A DNA stretch of 64,000 nt from an uncultured Gemmatimonadales bacterium (GTDB lineage: Bacteria; Gemmatimonadota; Gemmatimonadetes; Palauibacterales; Palauibacteraceae), in NCBI GenBank assembly GCA_963783385.1, contig CAWANJ010000006.1:32001-96000 (forward strand), in the 5' to 3' direction. The position numbers and the translations under genes were made by a program. Below, piece after piece: positions 9,622 to 19,203 of the stretch (its first letter is position 1; each line of letters starts with the position of its first letter). Below the pieces are notes generated by a model. It did not search any database. It had not been told where the DNA came from and worked only from the letters and a program-made list of their open reading frames with translations.

Positions 9622-10067
9622 TGGAAAACGCCCGCCTGGCCCTCGTGTCACGGATCGCCGACGACATCTGGAACAGGGGGGACCTGGACGCCACCGCGGA
9701 GGTGATGGCCGCCGACGCCGTCTACCACGGGCCGCACATGCCCGACGGCGTCGGCACCCGCCGGGACTGGCGCGAGCACATCGCGCGGGTGCGCGCCGCC
9801 TTCCCCGACTCTCACGTCACCTTCGAGGCGCTCGTCCCCTGCGGAGACCTCGTCGTGGGCCGCTGGAGCGCCACCGGCACGCACACGGGCGCCTTCGGCG
9901 ACCGCCCTCCCACGGGACGAGGGATCTCGATCGGGGGCATCACGATCTACCGGCTGTCCGGCGGGGTGATCGTCGAGGCGTGGGAGCAGCTCGACCTCCT
10001 TGGGATGTGGAGGCAGCTCGGCGCGGCCGAGCCGGCCGGGGGCGGCCCCGCCGGCAAGCCGGACTAG
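9621..10067 (+). CDS. SnoaL-like ester cyclase
   Basis: IWNRGDLD, AFPDSHVT, RWSATGTHTGAF, PTGR..GITIYR and WEQLDLLGMWRQLG. TGATG overlap with the previous gene. Confidence 0.9.
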   Translation: MENARLALVSRIADDIWNRGDLDATAEVMAADAVYHGPHMPDGVGTRRDWREHIARVRAAFPDSHVTFEALVPCGDLVVGRWSATGTHTGAFGDRPPTGRGISIGGITIYRLSGGVIVEAWEQLDLLGMWRQLGAAEPAGGGPAGKPD

Positions 10068-10128
10068 CGGCGACCGCCCCGGACGACCAACCTCCAGACC
10101 TCGGCCCGAACCGCGGAGGCACGCGTCG

Positions 10129-10554
10129 ATGTCCAGGTTCACGAGAGTTTTGGTCCTGCTGTTCGTCCTCCCGGCGACCTACCTCTTTCTGTACTGGATC
10201 CCCTTCGCACTCCTGCCTTTCTGGGACCAGCGCTGGATCCCCGCCCTCCTGGCACTGGCCGGCGCGATCGGTGTCGGCCTCTACCTGTGGAGGAGACTGG
10301 GCGCGGCGGGAGCGACCGGCGCCTCCACCGTGCTGTCCAGCGGCTTCATCGTCGGGGGCGTGGCGTTCTGCGCGGGATTCTTGGGACCGATGATCTTCGC
10401 GCCCGGAGCGAACCAGGGCCCGCTGCTCGGCCTGCTCATCACGGGGCCGGCGGGCTTCCTCGTCGGCCTGGTCGGCGGCCTGGTGTACTGGCGGCGCGTG
10501 AAGCGCCGGCCTGCGAGCCCTCCCGGGACGTCGAGGCCCGCTTCACCAATGTGA
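10129..10554 (+). CDS. hypothetical membrane protein
   Basis: 4 TM segments; GFLGPMIFAPGANQGPLLGLLITGP motif; GGAGG RBS. Confidence 0.8.
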   Translation: MSRFTRVLVLLFVLPATYLFLYWIPFALLPFWDQRWIPALLALAGAIGVGLYLWRRLGAAGATGASTVLSSGFIVGGVAFCAGFLGPMIFAPGANQGPLLGLLITGPAGFLVGLVGGLVYWRRVKRRPASPPGTSRPASPM

Positions 10555-10647
10555 GGACCCGGCGCGGCTCATGGCCACCGCGGCCGCCGCGAGCTAGCCT
10601 GTAGGGTCGGCCCCAGGCGAGATCCCCGCTTCCCGGAGTCGCATCCC

Positions 10648-11724
10648 ATGCGCCGGTCGCTCCTCGCGCTCGCTTCGCTGCTCGCGCTCTTCCTCGTCGG
10701 CGCGATCGTCTACGGTGAGATCCGGAGTCCCGAGCATGCCACGCTCGACGCCGCGGCCCGCGCCGGGGCGCCCGGCCGCTTCGTCGACCTCCCGAACGGC
10801 GTCACGCACTACGACCTCTCCGGACCGGACTCAAGCCGGGTCGTCGTCCTCGTGCACGGATTCTCGGTCCCCTACTACATCTGGGACTCGACCGCCGCGG
10901 GCCTGACCCGGTCGGGCTACCGCGTGCTCCGCTACGACCTGTACGGCCGCGGCCTCTCCGACCGGCCCGACGTACGCTACGACGGGGAGCTTTACGACGG
11001 CCAGCTCGCCGCCCTGCTCGACTCCCTCCGGATCCCCGGTCCCGTGGACCTGGTCGGGGTCTCGTTCGGGGGACTGGCTACCGCCCACTTCACCACGACG
11101 CATCCGGGGCGCGTGCACACGCTCACCCTCATCGATCCGGCCGCCGGCCGGGTCCGGCTTCCGTGGACACTGCGAGCGCCCGTGATCGGACCCTGGGTCT
11201 GGAAGGCCTTCGGGGAGCCCCGACTCCCCGACGGCCAGATGACGGATTTTCTCCACCCCGAACGCCATCCGACCTGGATGGACCGGTACCGCCCGCAGAT
11301 GGGCTACCGGGGCTTCGGCCGGGCCCTCCTGTCCACGATGAAGTCGATGAGCCACGTGGACTTCGATTCCGTATACGCCGGGGTCGAGAGGACAGGCGTG
11401 CCGGTGCTGCTCGTCTGGGGGCGGCAGGACCGAACGGTCCCGTTCCGGTGGTCGGAGAGCGTACGCCGCGACATTCCCTCGGCGGAGTTCTTCCCGGTGG
11501 ACTCCGCCGGCCACGTGTCCATGATCGAGCAGGCGGGAGCGGTGAACGCGCGGCTGATCTCGTTCCTGGTCGCCCACCCGGTCGACGCCCCGACGGTCTC
11601 GTCCGTGAGTCCCGGGGGCGATCCGACGCCGGCGGGCGGCGCCGGGTCGAGCGGCGCCTGGATCCCCGGAGCGGATCGGCCGGTCCGCGCCGGGCAGCCC
11701 GGAACCCGAATCGGAGAGACCTAG
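10648..11724 (+). CDS. alpha/beta fold hydrolase with N-terminal TM
   Basis: VLVHGFS, DLYGRGLS, nucleophile GVSFGG, WGRQD and AGH motifs. Confidence 0.9.
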   Translation: MRRSLLALASLLALFLVGAIVYGEIRSPEHATLDAAARAGAPGRFVDLPNGVTHYDLSGPDSSRVVVLVHGFSVPYYIWDSTAAGLTRSGYRVLRYDLYGRGLSDRPDVRYDGELYDGQLAALLDSLRIPGPVDLVGVSFGGLATAHFTTTHPGRVHTLTLIDPAAGRVRLPWTLRAPVIGPWVWKAFGEPRLPDGQMTDFLHPERHPTWMDRYRPQMGYRGFGRALLSTMKSMSHVDFDSVYAGVERTGVPVLLVWGRQDRTVPFRWSESVRRDIPSAEFFPVDSAGHVSMIEQAGAVNARLISFLVAHPVDAPTVSSVSPGGDPTPAGGAGSSGAWIPGADRPVRAGQPGTRIGET

Positions 11725-11727
11725 CCC

Positions 11728-12018
11728 ATGTCGGCACGCTTCGAGGTCCAGCGAGCCCTGGCCCTTCCCGACCGCGAGCTGCTCGCGCTCGCGGGGACGG
11801 TTCGGGAGGGCACGGCCAGCGCGGGGATGACGGCCCGGCTGGAGGACGAGGAGCAGGCCTTCGAGCATCCCGTGCACGCGGTCGAGTTCCTGGGCGAGGA
11901 GGCCGGCGCCCCCGGTCCCTCTTCGCCCTGCCTCACCTTCCACGCCCGTGACGCGGCGCGGCTTGCGGAGTGGTTGGCGATCGAGTGGGAGGGCCGGGTC
12001 CTGGAGTTGACGTGGTAG
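11728..12018 (+). CDS. hypothetical small beta protein
   Basis: Starts 3 nt after the hydrolase stop; GC3-biased codons; pattern FEVQRALAL..LAGTVREG..AGM. Confidence 0.65.
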   Translation: MSARFEVQRALALPDRELLALAGTVREGTASAGMTARLEDEEQAFEHPVHAVEFLGEEAGAPGPSSPCLTFHARDAARLAEWLAIEWEGRVLELTW

Positions 12019-12207
12019 GGTGACGAAGCGGCGCCGACGGCCGCCGGCGCCCGATCGCCGGCCCTCGCCCGCGCTGGAGCATGTGACTTCAATCCCTTTC
12101 GATTCGTCCAACGAAATGGACACCCGGAGTGTATCCCATCAGGGAGCCACGCCGATCCCCATGGACGGGCGGCGCGGCCCGTTCCCGGGTAACGCGGGAG
12201 GACGCGC

Positions 12208-12873
12208 ATGAGATCGAGTCTGGTCATCGCAGCCATGGCCCTGGTCGTCGCCACGCCGCTCACGGCCCAGAGCAAGGCGCGGCCCCGGCCGCATCGGCAG
12301 CCGCACCGGCAGGTCGTGCAGCGTGTACAGCCCCGGACGGCGCCGCGCAGCCGCGAGGCTCGCCCCGTGCCGCGCCGGACCGAGCCTCAGCGCCGGCAGG
12401 CGGCGCCTCGCCGCGAGCCACGGCGGGCGCCCGCCCCGCGGACCCGGAGCCAGGACGACCGCTACCGGCAAGCCCGCGAGCGAGACCGCAGCTACGATCG
12501 GAACCGGGCATGGGAGCGCGACCCCACGCGGTACGCCGGTCGGGATGGCATCTGGCGCCAGTTCCGCGATCGCGACCGGGACCGGGACGACGGGCGCTAC
12601 CGCCGGGCCCGACCGTTCGAGCACGGCCGCTTCCGCTTCCTGGGTCCGCGCTACCGTTACCCGGTCGTCCGCATCGAGATCGGGGCGCGCCGGGTGTGGC
12701 TGGGAAGCGGGTTTTCGTTCGAGATCGCGGCCTGGGACTGGCCCTACGCCGAGCCCTGGTGCTGGCAGTGTGACCAGTTCGCGATCTACGTCGACCCGTA
12801 CCACCCCGGCTGGTACCTGCTATGGGACCTGCGGTTGGGGCGGTACGTGCACGTGAGGTACCTGGGGCACTGA
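12208..12873 (+). CDS. secreted Arg-rich protein with aromatic C-terminal domain
   Basis: GGGAGGA RBS; signal peptide; R/D/P-rich linker; C-terminal IYVDPYHPGWYLLWDLRLGRYVHVRYLG. Confidence 0.75.
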   Translation: MRSSLVIAAMALVVATPLTAQSKARPRPHRQPHRQVVQRVQPRTAPRSREARPVPRRTEPQRRQAAPRREPRRAPAPRTRSQDDRYRQARERDRSYDRNRAWERDPTRYAGRDGIWRQFRDRDRDRDDGRYRRARPFEHGRFRFLGPRYRYPVVRIEIGARRVWLGSGFSFEIAAWDWPYAEPWCWQCDQFAIYVDPYHPGWYLLWDLRLGRYVHVRYLGH

Positions 12874-12982
12874 CGAAGCGGCTCCGGGCTCCGCATCGAC
12901 CGGCCCGCGTCGCTCCACGGCCTCGCGCCGCGCGATGCGGGTCGACTCGGTTGCGGCCGGAGACCAGAGGTCGGCCGCCCGA

Positions 12983-13438
12983 CTATCCGTTCAGTATTCG
13001 GGTGAGCGTCCGATCCAGCGCGTTCGCGAAGGCCCGCTTGTCCTGGGGTCCGTATGCCTTCGGCCCGCCGGTGTCGACCCCCGCGTCCCGAAGCGACGCC
13101 ATGAAGTCACGCACCGACAGCCGCTCCCGGACGTTGGCCTCCGTGTAGACTTCTCCCCGGTGGTCCAGCACCAGGACGCCTTTCTCCACCAGCGTCGCCG
13201 CCAGCGGGATGTCGGCGGTGATCGCCAGGTCCCCTTCCGTCGCGTGCTCGGCTATGTGGCTGTCCGCCACGTCCGGACCGCCCTGCACCCATTCCGTGCT
13301 CACGTGAGGGTTGCCGGGAGGCGTCCACAGGCGGCGGTTGGCGACCAGCACGGTCCGGATCTCCAGGCGCCGGGCGGCCCGGTAGACGATCTCCTTCACG
13401 TCCCGCGGTGCCGCGTCCGCATCGACCCAGATGGTCAG
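12983..13438 (-). CDS. yaiI: YaiI/YqxD (UPF0178) family protein; probable CTG start
   Basis: In frame upstream of ORF 12983-13399 lies LTIWVDADAAPRDVKE; ITADIPLAA, G..YTEANVRERLSVRDF and FANALDR motifs. Confidence 0.85.
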   Translation of the reverse strand: MTIWVDADAAPRDVKEIVYRAARRLEIRTVLVANRRLWTPPGNPHVSTEWVQGGPDVADSHIAEHATEGDLAITADIPLAATLVEKGVLVLDHRGEVYTEANVRERLSVRDFMASLRDAGVDTGGPKAYGPQDKRAFANALDRTLTRILNG

Positions 13439-13472
13439 GCTGCCGTCGGCCGGAACGACGCTCCTCCCGTGG

Positions 13473-15314
13473 TCATGGGGACGGTGGCTCCATCAGCCAG
13501 AACAGGGTCCGGTACGACACGACCGTGAACGCGATGGACCGGCCATCCGGAGAGACGGCCGGCTGCGTCTTGTCGGTGGGGTCCGTCGTCACCTGCGCGG
13601 GCGTCCCGCCGGCCGCCGGCACCCGGAAGACCTGGAAATGCCCCTTCGGCCCGGGAGCGATGAACGCCAGCCAGCCGAAGTCGGGAGCGACGCCGAGGCC
13701 CGAGTAGTCCTGCTCGCTGGTGAAGCGGTGGACGAGGCGGGGGCGACCGCCCTCGCGCGCCACCACGTAGAGGGCTCGCCGGCCCGGGCCCTCGGAGGCA
13801 TCAAAGGCCAGGCTGTCCGCGCTCCCGGCCCAGGCCACCTCGTCCACGACCCCGGGGAACCCCTCGATCGGCACCCGGCGCGCCGGACGCGTCACCCGCC
13901 CCGTCGCGGGGTCGATCCCGAGCACCATCGGCACGCCCCGCCAGCGGCCATCCTCGCGCACACCGGTCTCGTACGCGATCCAGCGGCCGTCGGGCGACCA
14001 GCGCGGCCAGCCGGTCTCGTGGCCTCCGTGCGTGATCGGACGGGCGGGCTCGGACCCGTCGGCCGGCTTCAGCCACACGTCGTCGAGGCCGTCGGCGTGC
14101 GAATGCAGGACGATCCAGCGGCCGTCGGGGGACCAGTCCAGGCTCTGGTCCTCCGAGGGAGAGGCCCGGATGACGGCGTCCGGTCGAATCGCGGCTTCGG
14201 GCCGCCCGACGCGCACGGTACCCAGGTCCTGGGCGATGTTCGGGTAGTCGAAGTCGTCCACCACCCGTCGCCACGAGCCGAACGTGAAGGCCACGGCGGA
14301 GCCGTCCGGGCTCCAGGACGGCGTCTCCGATTGGAAGGCCGTGAGCTCGCGGGCCTCTCCCCCACCCGCGGGCACGACCGCGATCGTCACCCGATAGTCC
14401 TGCGTGCCGAACAGCACCCGGCCGTCCCGCGTCACGGAGGGCGCGTACGCGTCCCGGGCGAACCGGGTGAGGACCCGTGACGATCCGCGCTCGATGGGCC
14501 GGGCGCGCAGGTCCAGGGTGCCATGGTCGTTGGGGGCGCCGTAGTAGAGCGTGCTCCCGTCCGGGGAGAAGGCGATCGGACCGTAGGCGATCGGGGCGTC
14601 CGGCCCGGGACCGGCGCCGCACGGAAGACTGAGGTGCGGCTGGCGGCCGGCGAGCTTCAGGCAGGCCACGGTGCGGCCGTCGGGAAACCAGGCAGGGAAA
14701 GAGATCTCCGCCGCGGACGGGCGCAGCTTCCCCCCCGAGCCGTCGGCGCGCGCCGTCCACAGCGCGGAGCCGTCGTTCCACGGGAGGGTGGCGGCGACCC
14801 GATTGCCGCCGGCCGACCAGGCGACCTCCCGGGCGCGGTCGGGATCGAGCAGGACCGTGTCGCCCCCCGGGATGACCGCCGGGACCGGACCGGACCACAG
14901 GCGGCTCGCCTCCCCGGTGGGGACCGAGAAGCGCCACCAGCGCGACCGGCCCACCGAGTCCACCTCGAGCGCTGCCACGCTACGGCCGTCCGGGAGCCAG
15001 GCCAGGGCGCGGATGGCGCGGGCCGGTCGACCGAGCGCGTGGTCCGGGCCGCCCGCCACGCGGACCAGCCGGAGCCGGTCGCCGGACGTGTAGGCGAGCC
15101 ACGCCCCATCGGGGCTGATCGCGCCCCGCGGGTCCCGGTACCCGACCGGTCCCGCCTGGCGGGCGTCGGCCACGAAGCGCAGACGTCTGCCGCCGTCCGC
15201 GACGGAAGACGAGGGCTGCTGGGCCGCGAGGCCGCGGGCCGCCGACGACAGACAGGCGGTGCCCGCGAGGAGCGTGACGCAGCATCGCGTGAGTCCGCGC
15301 ATGGCCCGCAGCAT
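13473..15314 (-). CDS. secreted TolB/PD40-repeat beta-propeller protein
   Basis: Signal peptide; many PxWSPDG repeats. Confidence 0.85.
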   Translation of the reverse strand: MLRAMRGLTRCCVTLLAGTACLSSAARGLAAQQPSSSVADGGRRLRFVADARQAGPVGYRDPRGAISPDGAWLAYTSGDRLRLVRVAGGPDHALGRPARAIRALAWLPDGRSVAALEVDSVGRSRWWRFSVPTGEASRLWSGPVPAVIPGGDTVLLDPDRAREVAWSAGGNRVAATLPWNDGSALWTARADGSGGKLRPSAAEISFPAWFPDGRTVACLKLAGRQPHLSLPCGAGPGPDAPIAYGPIAFSPDGSTLYYGAPNDHGTLDLRARPIERGSSRVLTRFARDAYAPSVTRDGRVLFGTQDYRVTIAVVPAGGGEARELTAFQSETPSWSPDGSAVAFTFGSWRRVVDDFDYPNIAQDLGTVRVGRPEAAIRPDAVIRASPSEDQSLDWSPDGRWIVLHSHADGLDDVWLKPADGSEPARPITHGGHETGWPRWSPDGRWIAYETGVREDGRWRGVPMVLGIDPATGRVTRPARRVPIEGFPGVVDEVAWAGSADSLAFDASEGPGRRALYVVAREGGRPRLVHRFTSEQDYSGLGVAPDFGWLAFIAPGPKGHFQVFRVPAAGGTPAQVTTDPTDKTQPAVSPDGRSIAFTVVSYRTLFWLMEPPSP

Positions 15315-15496
15315 AGGGGCACGGGTCCGTTCGTTCAACGGAGCGAGAATTCCGGAGTGGAGGCATCGAGGACCCCGGAGCGGAGCTGTTTCGGAGCCCG
15401 CGCGATTCGATGTTATGATGTCTGTCGTGCCCCAGCCCGGTGGAGGCGCCCGCTTCATGCCTCCTTCGCTCCGTCGGTCGCGGCCGGAGTCTCCCG

Positions 15497-16447
15497 ATGC
15501 GCTCCCTCGTCCGCCGTCACCCGGTCGGCTCGTTCGTGGTCCTGGCCTACGCGCTGTCGTGGGCCGACTGGATCCCGCTCCTCCTCCGGGGAGCGCGCGT
15601 GGCCCCCGGCGGTGCGGTCACGCACTTTCCCGGACTCGTGGGTCCGGCCGTGGCGGCGCTCGCCGTCTCGGCCCTGGCCGAGGGTCCCGCCGGACTCCGG
15701 CGTCTGCTCGGGAAGCTGGGACGTGTCTCGCGGCCCCGGCTCGACTTCCTGGCCTACGCGCTCAGCCCGCTGGGCTTCCTGCTCCTGGCGCTCGGGGCGT
15801 TGGTCATCGCGGAGCGTCCACTCCCCGCGCTCGCGGACTTCGGGGTGTACTCCGGGCTGCCCGCCCTGCCCGTGCCGGTGGTCCTCTTCCTCGTGTTCCT
15901 GTGCAACGGGCTCGGGGAGGAGACGGGCTGGCGCGGATTCGCCCTCGGCCGGTTGCAGGAACGGTACGGTCCGGTCCGGGGCACCCTGTCCGTTGCGTTG
16001 ATCTGGGCCGGCTGGCACCTGCCCCTGTTCGGGGTGGTGGAGACGTACCGAGCCATGGGGCCCGCGGCCCTCCTGGGGGGCTTCGGGCTAGGCCTGTGCG
16101 CCGGAGCGGTGGTGCTGGCCCGGGTGGTCAACCGGACCGGTGGCAGTGTGCTGGCCGCGGCCCTGTGGCACACGTCGTTCAACCTGACCGCGGCGACCGC
16201 TGGCGGCCGCGGGATGATCGGAGCCGTGACCACCACGTGCGTCATGGCCTGGGCGGCGCTCCTGCTCATCCAGGAGTGGCGCCGGCCGCTGGAACGCTCG
16301 AGGTTGGCCGTTCCCGGGGTCGGCCTGGTTCGGGCGGCTGGCGACGCCGTGCCCGGCCAGAGCACCCCGGGGCCGCCCGAGGCCCGTCGGGGGCCGGACG
16401 CCGGCTCGAGCTCTCGAACGAGTTGGAGACCTTGGATGCCGAATTGA
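15497..16447 (+). CDS. CPBP/CAAX (Abi) family intramembrane metalloprotease
   Basis: GEETGWRGFAL, WAGWHLPLF and ALWHTSFN motifs. Confidence 0.9.
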   Translation: MRSLVRRHPVGSFVVLAYALSWADWIPLLLRGARVAPGGAVTHFPGLVGPAVAALAVSALAEGPAGLRRLLGKLGRVSRPRLDFLAYALSPLGFLLLALGALVIAERPLPALADFGVYSGLPALPVPVVLFLVFLCNGLGEETGWRGFALGRLQERYGPVRGTLSVALIWAGWHLPLFGVVETYRAMGPAALLGGFGLGLCAGAVVLARVVNRTGGSVLAAALWHTSFNLTAATAGGRGMIGAVTTTCVMAWAALLLIQEWRRPLERSRLAVPGVGLVRAAGDAVPGQSTPGPPEARRGPDAGSSSRTSWRPWMPN

Positions 16448-16460
16448 ACGTGGAGGATGC

Positions 16461-17003
16461 ATGTCGCCACACCCTGACAGGTCTTCGATGGCTCGCTTCG
16501 CCGCGGTCGTGGCGACGGCGCTGACCGGGCTCTCCCTCCTGACCGCGTCCCTGGCCGCGCAGACTCTGGTGTCCTTCCCGGCGAAGGACAGCGGGGTCGT
16601 GTACGCTGACGAGTACGGGGCGGGTACGAACGGCGTCATCCTGGTGCACGGCGCCCGGTTCGACCGCACGAGCTGGAACGCGCAGGCGGTCCGCCTCGAC
16701 AGCGCCGGGTTCCACGTGCTGGCGGTCGACCTCCGGGGGCACGGCCTCTCCCGCGGCCCCTCCTCCACGCCCCCGCGGATCGGCTATCCCCTGGACGTTC
16801 TGGCCTCCGTCGACTACCTGCGCGCCCACGGCGCATCCCGTATCACCCTCGTCGGGGCGAGCATGGGCGGATGGGCCGCCGCCCACGCGCAGTTCCTGTT
16901 CGGCACGGACCAGGGACCGCGCCTGATGCGCGAGATTCTCGAGTTCCTCTCGCAAGGCGGGAGCGTGCCGTCCGGGTCGGACAGCGCCTCCGGCGCCTCC
17001 TAA
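16461..17003 (+). pseudogene. secreted alpha/beta hydrolase with in-frame internal deletion
   Basis: ILVHGA, DLRGHGLS and GASMGGWAAA are fused directly to the C-terminal HAQFLFGTDQG; the catalytic-Asp region is missing. Confidence 0.65.
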
Positions 17004-17143
17004 GGACCTCGACCATGGTCCCGGGACGCGGTGCCGGGCGCGCCCCGGGGCGCGCCCGAGCTTGGAGCGCCGCTCGGATCGTCGTAACGTAGAGAGGTAT
17101 CCACAGGGCGGGCTGGAGGCGAAGTCCAGACCCCGGAGAAGCC

Positions 17144-17455
17144 ATGCCTCGATCCCCAACCAAGCTGTTCGAATCCCGGAGCGCCATGGTCGTCGCCGCG
17201 CTCTACCTGATCGTGGCGGCCCTGACCCTGGTGCTTCCCATCCTGACGCGGTCGAACCTGGCCGGCGTGTGGGCCATCCTCCTCACGCTTCCCTGGAGCG
17301 CGATCTTCCCCATGGACGTCGTGAGCGAGACGGCGCCCGGCCTGGCCGGCGCGGCACGACTGCTGTTCCTGTTCGGCGCCATGGTGCTCAACGCCGCGCT
17401 CCTCTACCTGGGCGTGCGCTGGGCGGGACGCTGGTCGGCGGCGCACCGGCGCTGA
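17144..17455 (+). CDS. small 3-TM membrane protein
   Basis: GGAGA RBS; three hydrophobic helices; LTLPWS. Confidence 0.7.
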   Translation: MPRSPTKLFESRSAMVVAALYLIVAALTLVLPILTRSNLAGVWAILLTLPWSAIFPMDVVSETAPGLAGAARLLFLFGAMVLNAALLYLGVRWAGRWSAAHRR

Positions 17456-17979
17456 TCTCCGCAACGCTCGTCGGCATCGCCTCCCGGAGGGGAGCGGCCT
17501 GGATCCTGGGTCAGCGCGAGCGCTATCGTCCGGAGGGCCACTCCCTCGGCGACGAGGCGGACGTCCGCCTGGCACCCTTCTTCGACGAGGCCACCCGCCG
17601 CCGGGTCCGCGTGGCCCGGGTCCCCGGCATCGACAATCCACCCTTCTATCGGGAAATTGGCAGGGTCCTCCTCGACTTCACCTGGATGGCGGCCATCACC
17701 TTCGTGGACACGGTGGTGGTGAACCGCCGGTTCGTGGAGGGGCCCGCGCCCGTGGAGCTCCTGTTCCACGAGCTCGTGCACGTAGTCCAGTACGAGGTGC
17801 TCGGCGTGGATGAGTTCACCCGCCGGTACGTGGGCGGGTGGGCCGAGGGCGGCTTCTCGTACCGGGACATTTCCATGGAGCGGATGGCCTACCGGCTCCA
17901 GGCGGAGTTCGAGGCCGGGACGCTGGACGGCCGTGTGAACGAGCTGGTGGCGTCCCAGCTCGCTTCGACCACGAGCTGA
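17452..17979 (+). CDS. zincin-like metallopeptidase (DUF4157/eCIS-core-like); probable CTG start
   Basis: AAITFVDTVV, LLFHELVHVVQY (HExxH) and downstream E in MERMAY. CTGA overlaps the upstream stop. Confidence 0.7.
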   Translation: MISATLVGIASRRGAAWILGQRERYRPEGHSLGDEADVRLAPFFDEATRRRVRVARVPGIDNPPFYREIGRVLLDFTWMAAITFVDTVVVNRRFVEGPAPVELLFHELVHVVQYEVLGVDEFTRRYVGGWAEGGFSYRDISMERMAYRLQAEFEAGTLDGRVNELVASQLASTTS

Positions 17980-18072
17980 GCGCGGCGCGAGCCCCGGATC
18001 CGCGGCCCGGCCACGGAGCGCGTGTCGCTCCCGGCGCGCGGGCCGCGCTCGACCCCGACCGGCGAGGTGCGC

Positions 18073-19203
18073 ATGAAGGGACTCAAGACGGCCGTCGTGG
18101 GAGGCCTGGGACTGGCCGCGCTAGCGGTGGCCGTGGTGTGGGGACCCGCGCGGGGACGCGCCGAGAGCGCCGGCTACCGGGTCGTGCGGGCCGGGACCAT
18201 GTCGACCGACCGCGCCGCCCACCAGGCCACGCTGCTCGAGAGCGGCGAGGTTTTGGTCACCGGCGGCTGCGCGGGCGAACACTGCGGCCGCACGCTGGCG
18301 TCGGCGGAGCTGTACGAAGCGCACACCCGTCGCTTCCGTCCCGCCGCATCCATGCTGGTGCCGCGCGCCAGTCACGCGGCCGCACGCCTCCCGGACGGCC
18401 GCGTGCTTGTGGCGGGGGGATGGGACGGCAGCGGCCCGACAGCTACGGCCGAGGTCTACGACCCGCGGACCGACGCCTGGACCCGCGTAGGCGACATGAC
18501 GACGGCCCGCGCCAGCGGGATCGCGGTTCCCCTCGCCGACGGCCGCGTGCTCATGGTGGGAGGAGGCCGGGGTCGGCTCGGGAACCTGGCCTCGGTCGAG
18601 GCCTTCGATCCGGCGACCTCGACCTTCTCGGTAGTGGGGAGCGCGGCGACCAACCACTACCTGGCCACTCGACTCGCCGACGGCCGCGTGCTGCTGACGG
18701 GAGGCGAGGGCGCCGACGGCTCGATCCTCGCCACGTCCGAGATCCTGGATCCCGCCACCGGGATCTTCACGGCCACCGGCGCGATGGCGACGGCGCGCGT
18801 GAAGCACGCCGCGGCGCTCCTCCCCGACGGCCGGGTGCTGGTGATCGGCGGCTCGGACCGGCGCGGCTTCGCGGGCCGGTTCGCAAGCACGGAGCTGTTC
18901 GACCCCGGCGTCGGGCAAGTTCTCGCCCGGGCCCGGACCTGCACCGGGGCCGGCACAAGATCCGGGACGCCGTCGTCGGTGCTTCCCTCGGGCGACGTCG
19001 TGGTCGCGGGAGGGGCCGCGCGGCCCGAGGTCTTCGACCACGCGCGCCACGCGTTCGTGCCCGTGGATGGCGACATCGGCGGGCCGCAGATGTTCGCGAC
19101 CGCCACGCTTCTCCCGTCGGGCGACCTCCTCGTCCTGGGCGGGTACGATGACCACACCCAGCCGTCGGCCGCGGCGTGGCTGATCGAGCCGGGGACCCCC
19201 TGA
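18073..19203 (+). CDS. Kelch-repeat beta-propeller protein
   Basis: Repeats R-x2-H-x-A-x2-L-x-DGRVLVxGG ... AExYDP. There is a locally frameshifted stretch at ~18905-18980. Confidence 0.9.
   Translation: MKGLKTAVVGGLGLAALAVAVVWGPARGRAESAGYRVVRAGTMSTDRAAHQATLLESGEVLVTGGCAGEHCGRTLASAELYEAHTRRFRPAASMLVPRASHAAARLPDGRVLVAGGWDGSGPTATAEVYDPRTDAWTRVGDMTTARASGIAVPLADGRVLMVGGGRGRLGNLASVEAFDPATSTFSVVGSAATNHYLATRLADGRVLLTGGEGADGSILATSEILDPATGIFTATGAMATARVKHAAALLPDGRVLVIGGSDRRGFAGRFASTELFDPGVGQVLARARTCTGAGTRSGTPSSVLPSGDVVVAGGAARPEVFDHARHAFVPVDGDIGGPQMFATATLLPSGDLLVLGGYDDHTQPSAAAWLIEPGTP

Noticed and set aside
17160-17182. GTTCGAATCCC tRNA T-loop-like motif
   Set aside because: The flanks do not form a T-stem or cloverleaf, and it lies within a membrane-protein ORF.
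17452-17979. DUF4157-like gene as a sign of an eCIS/toxin locus
   Set aside because: It is a solitary zincin with no sheath, tube, baseplate or toxin domains in the window.
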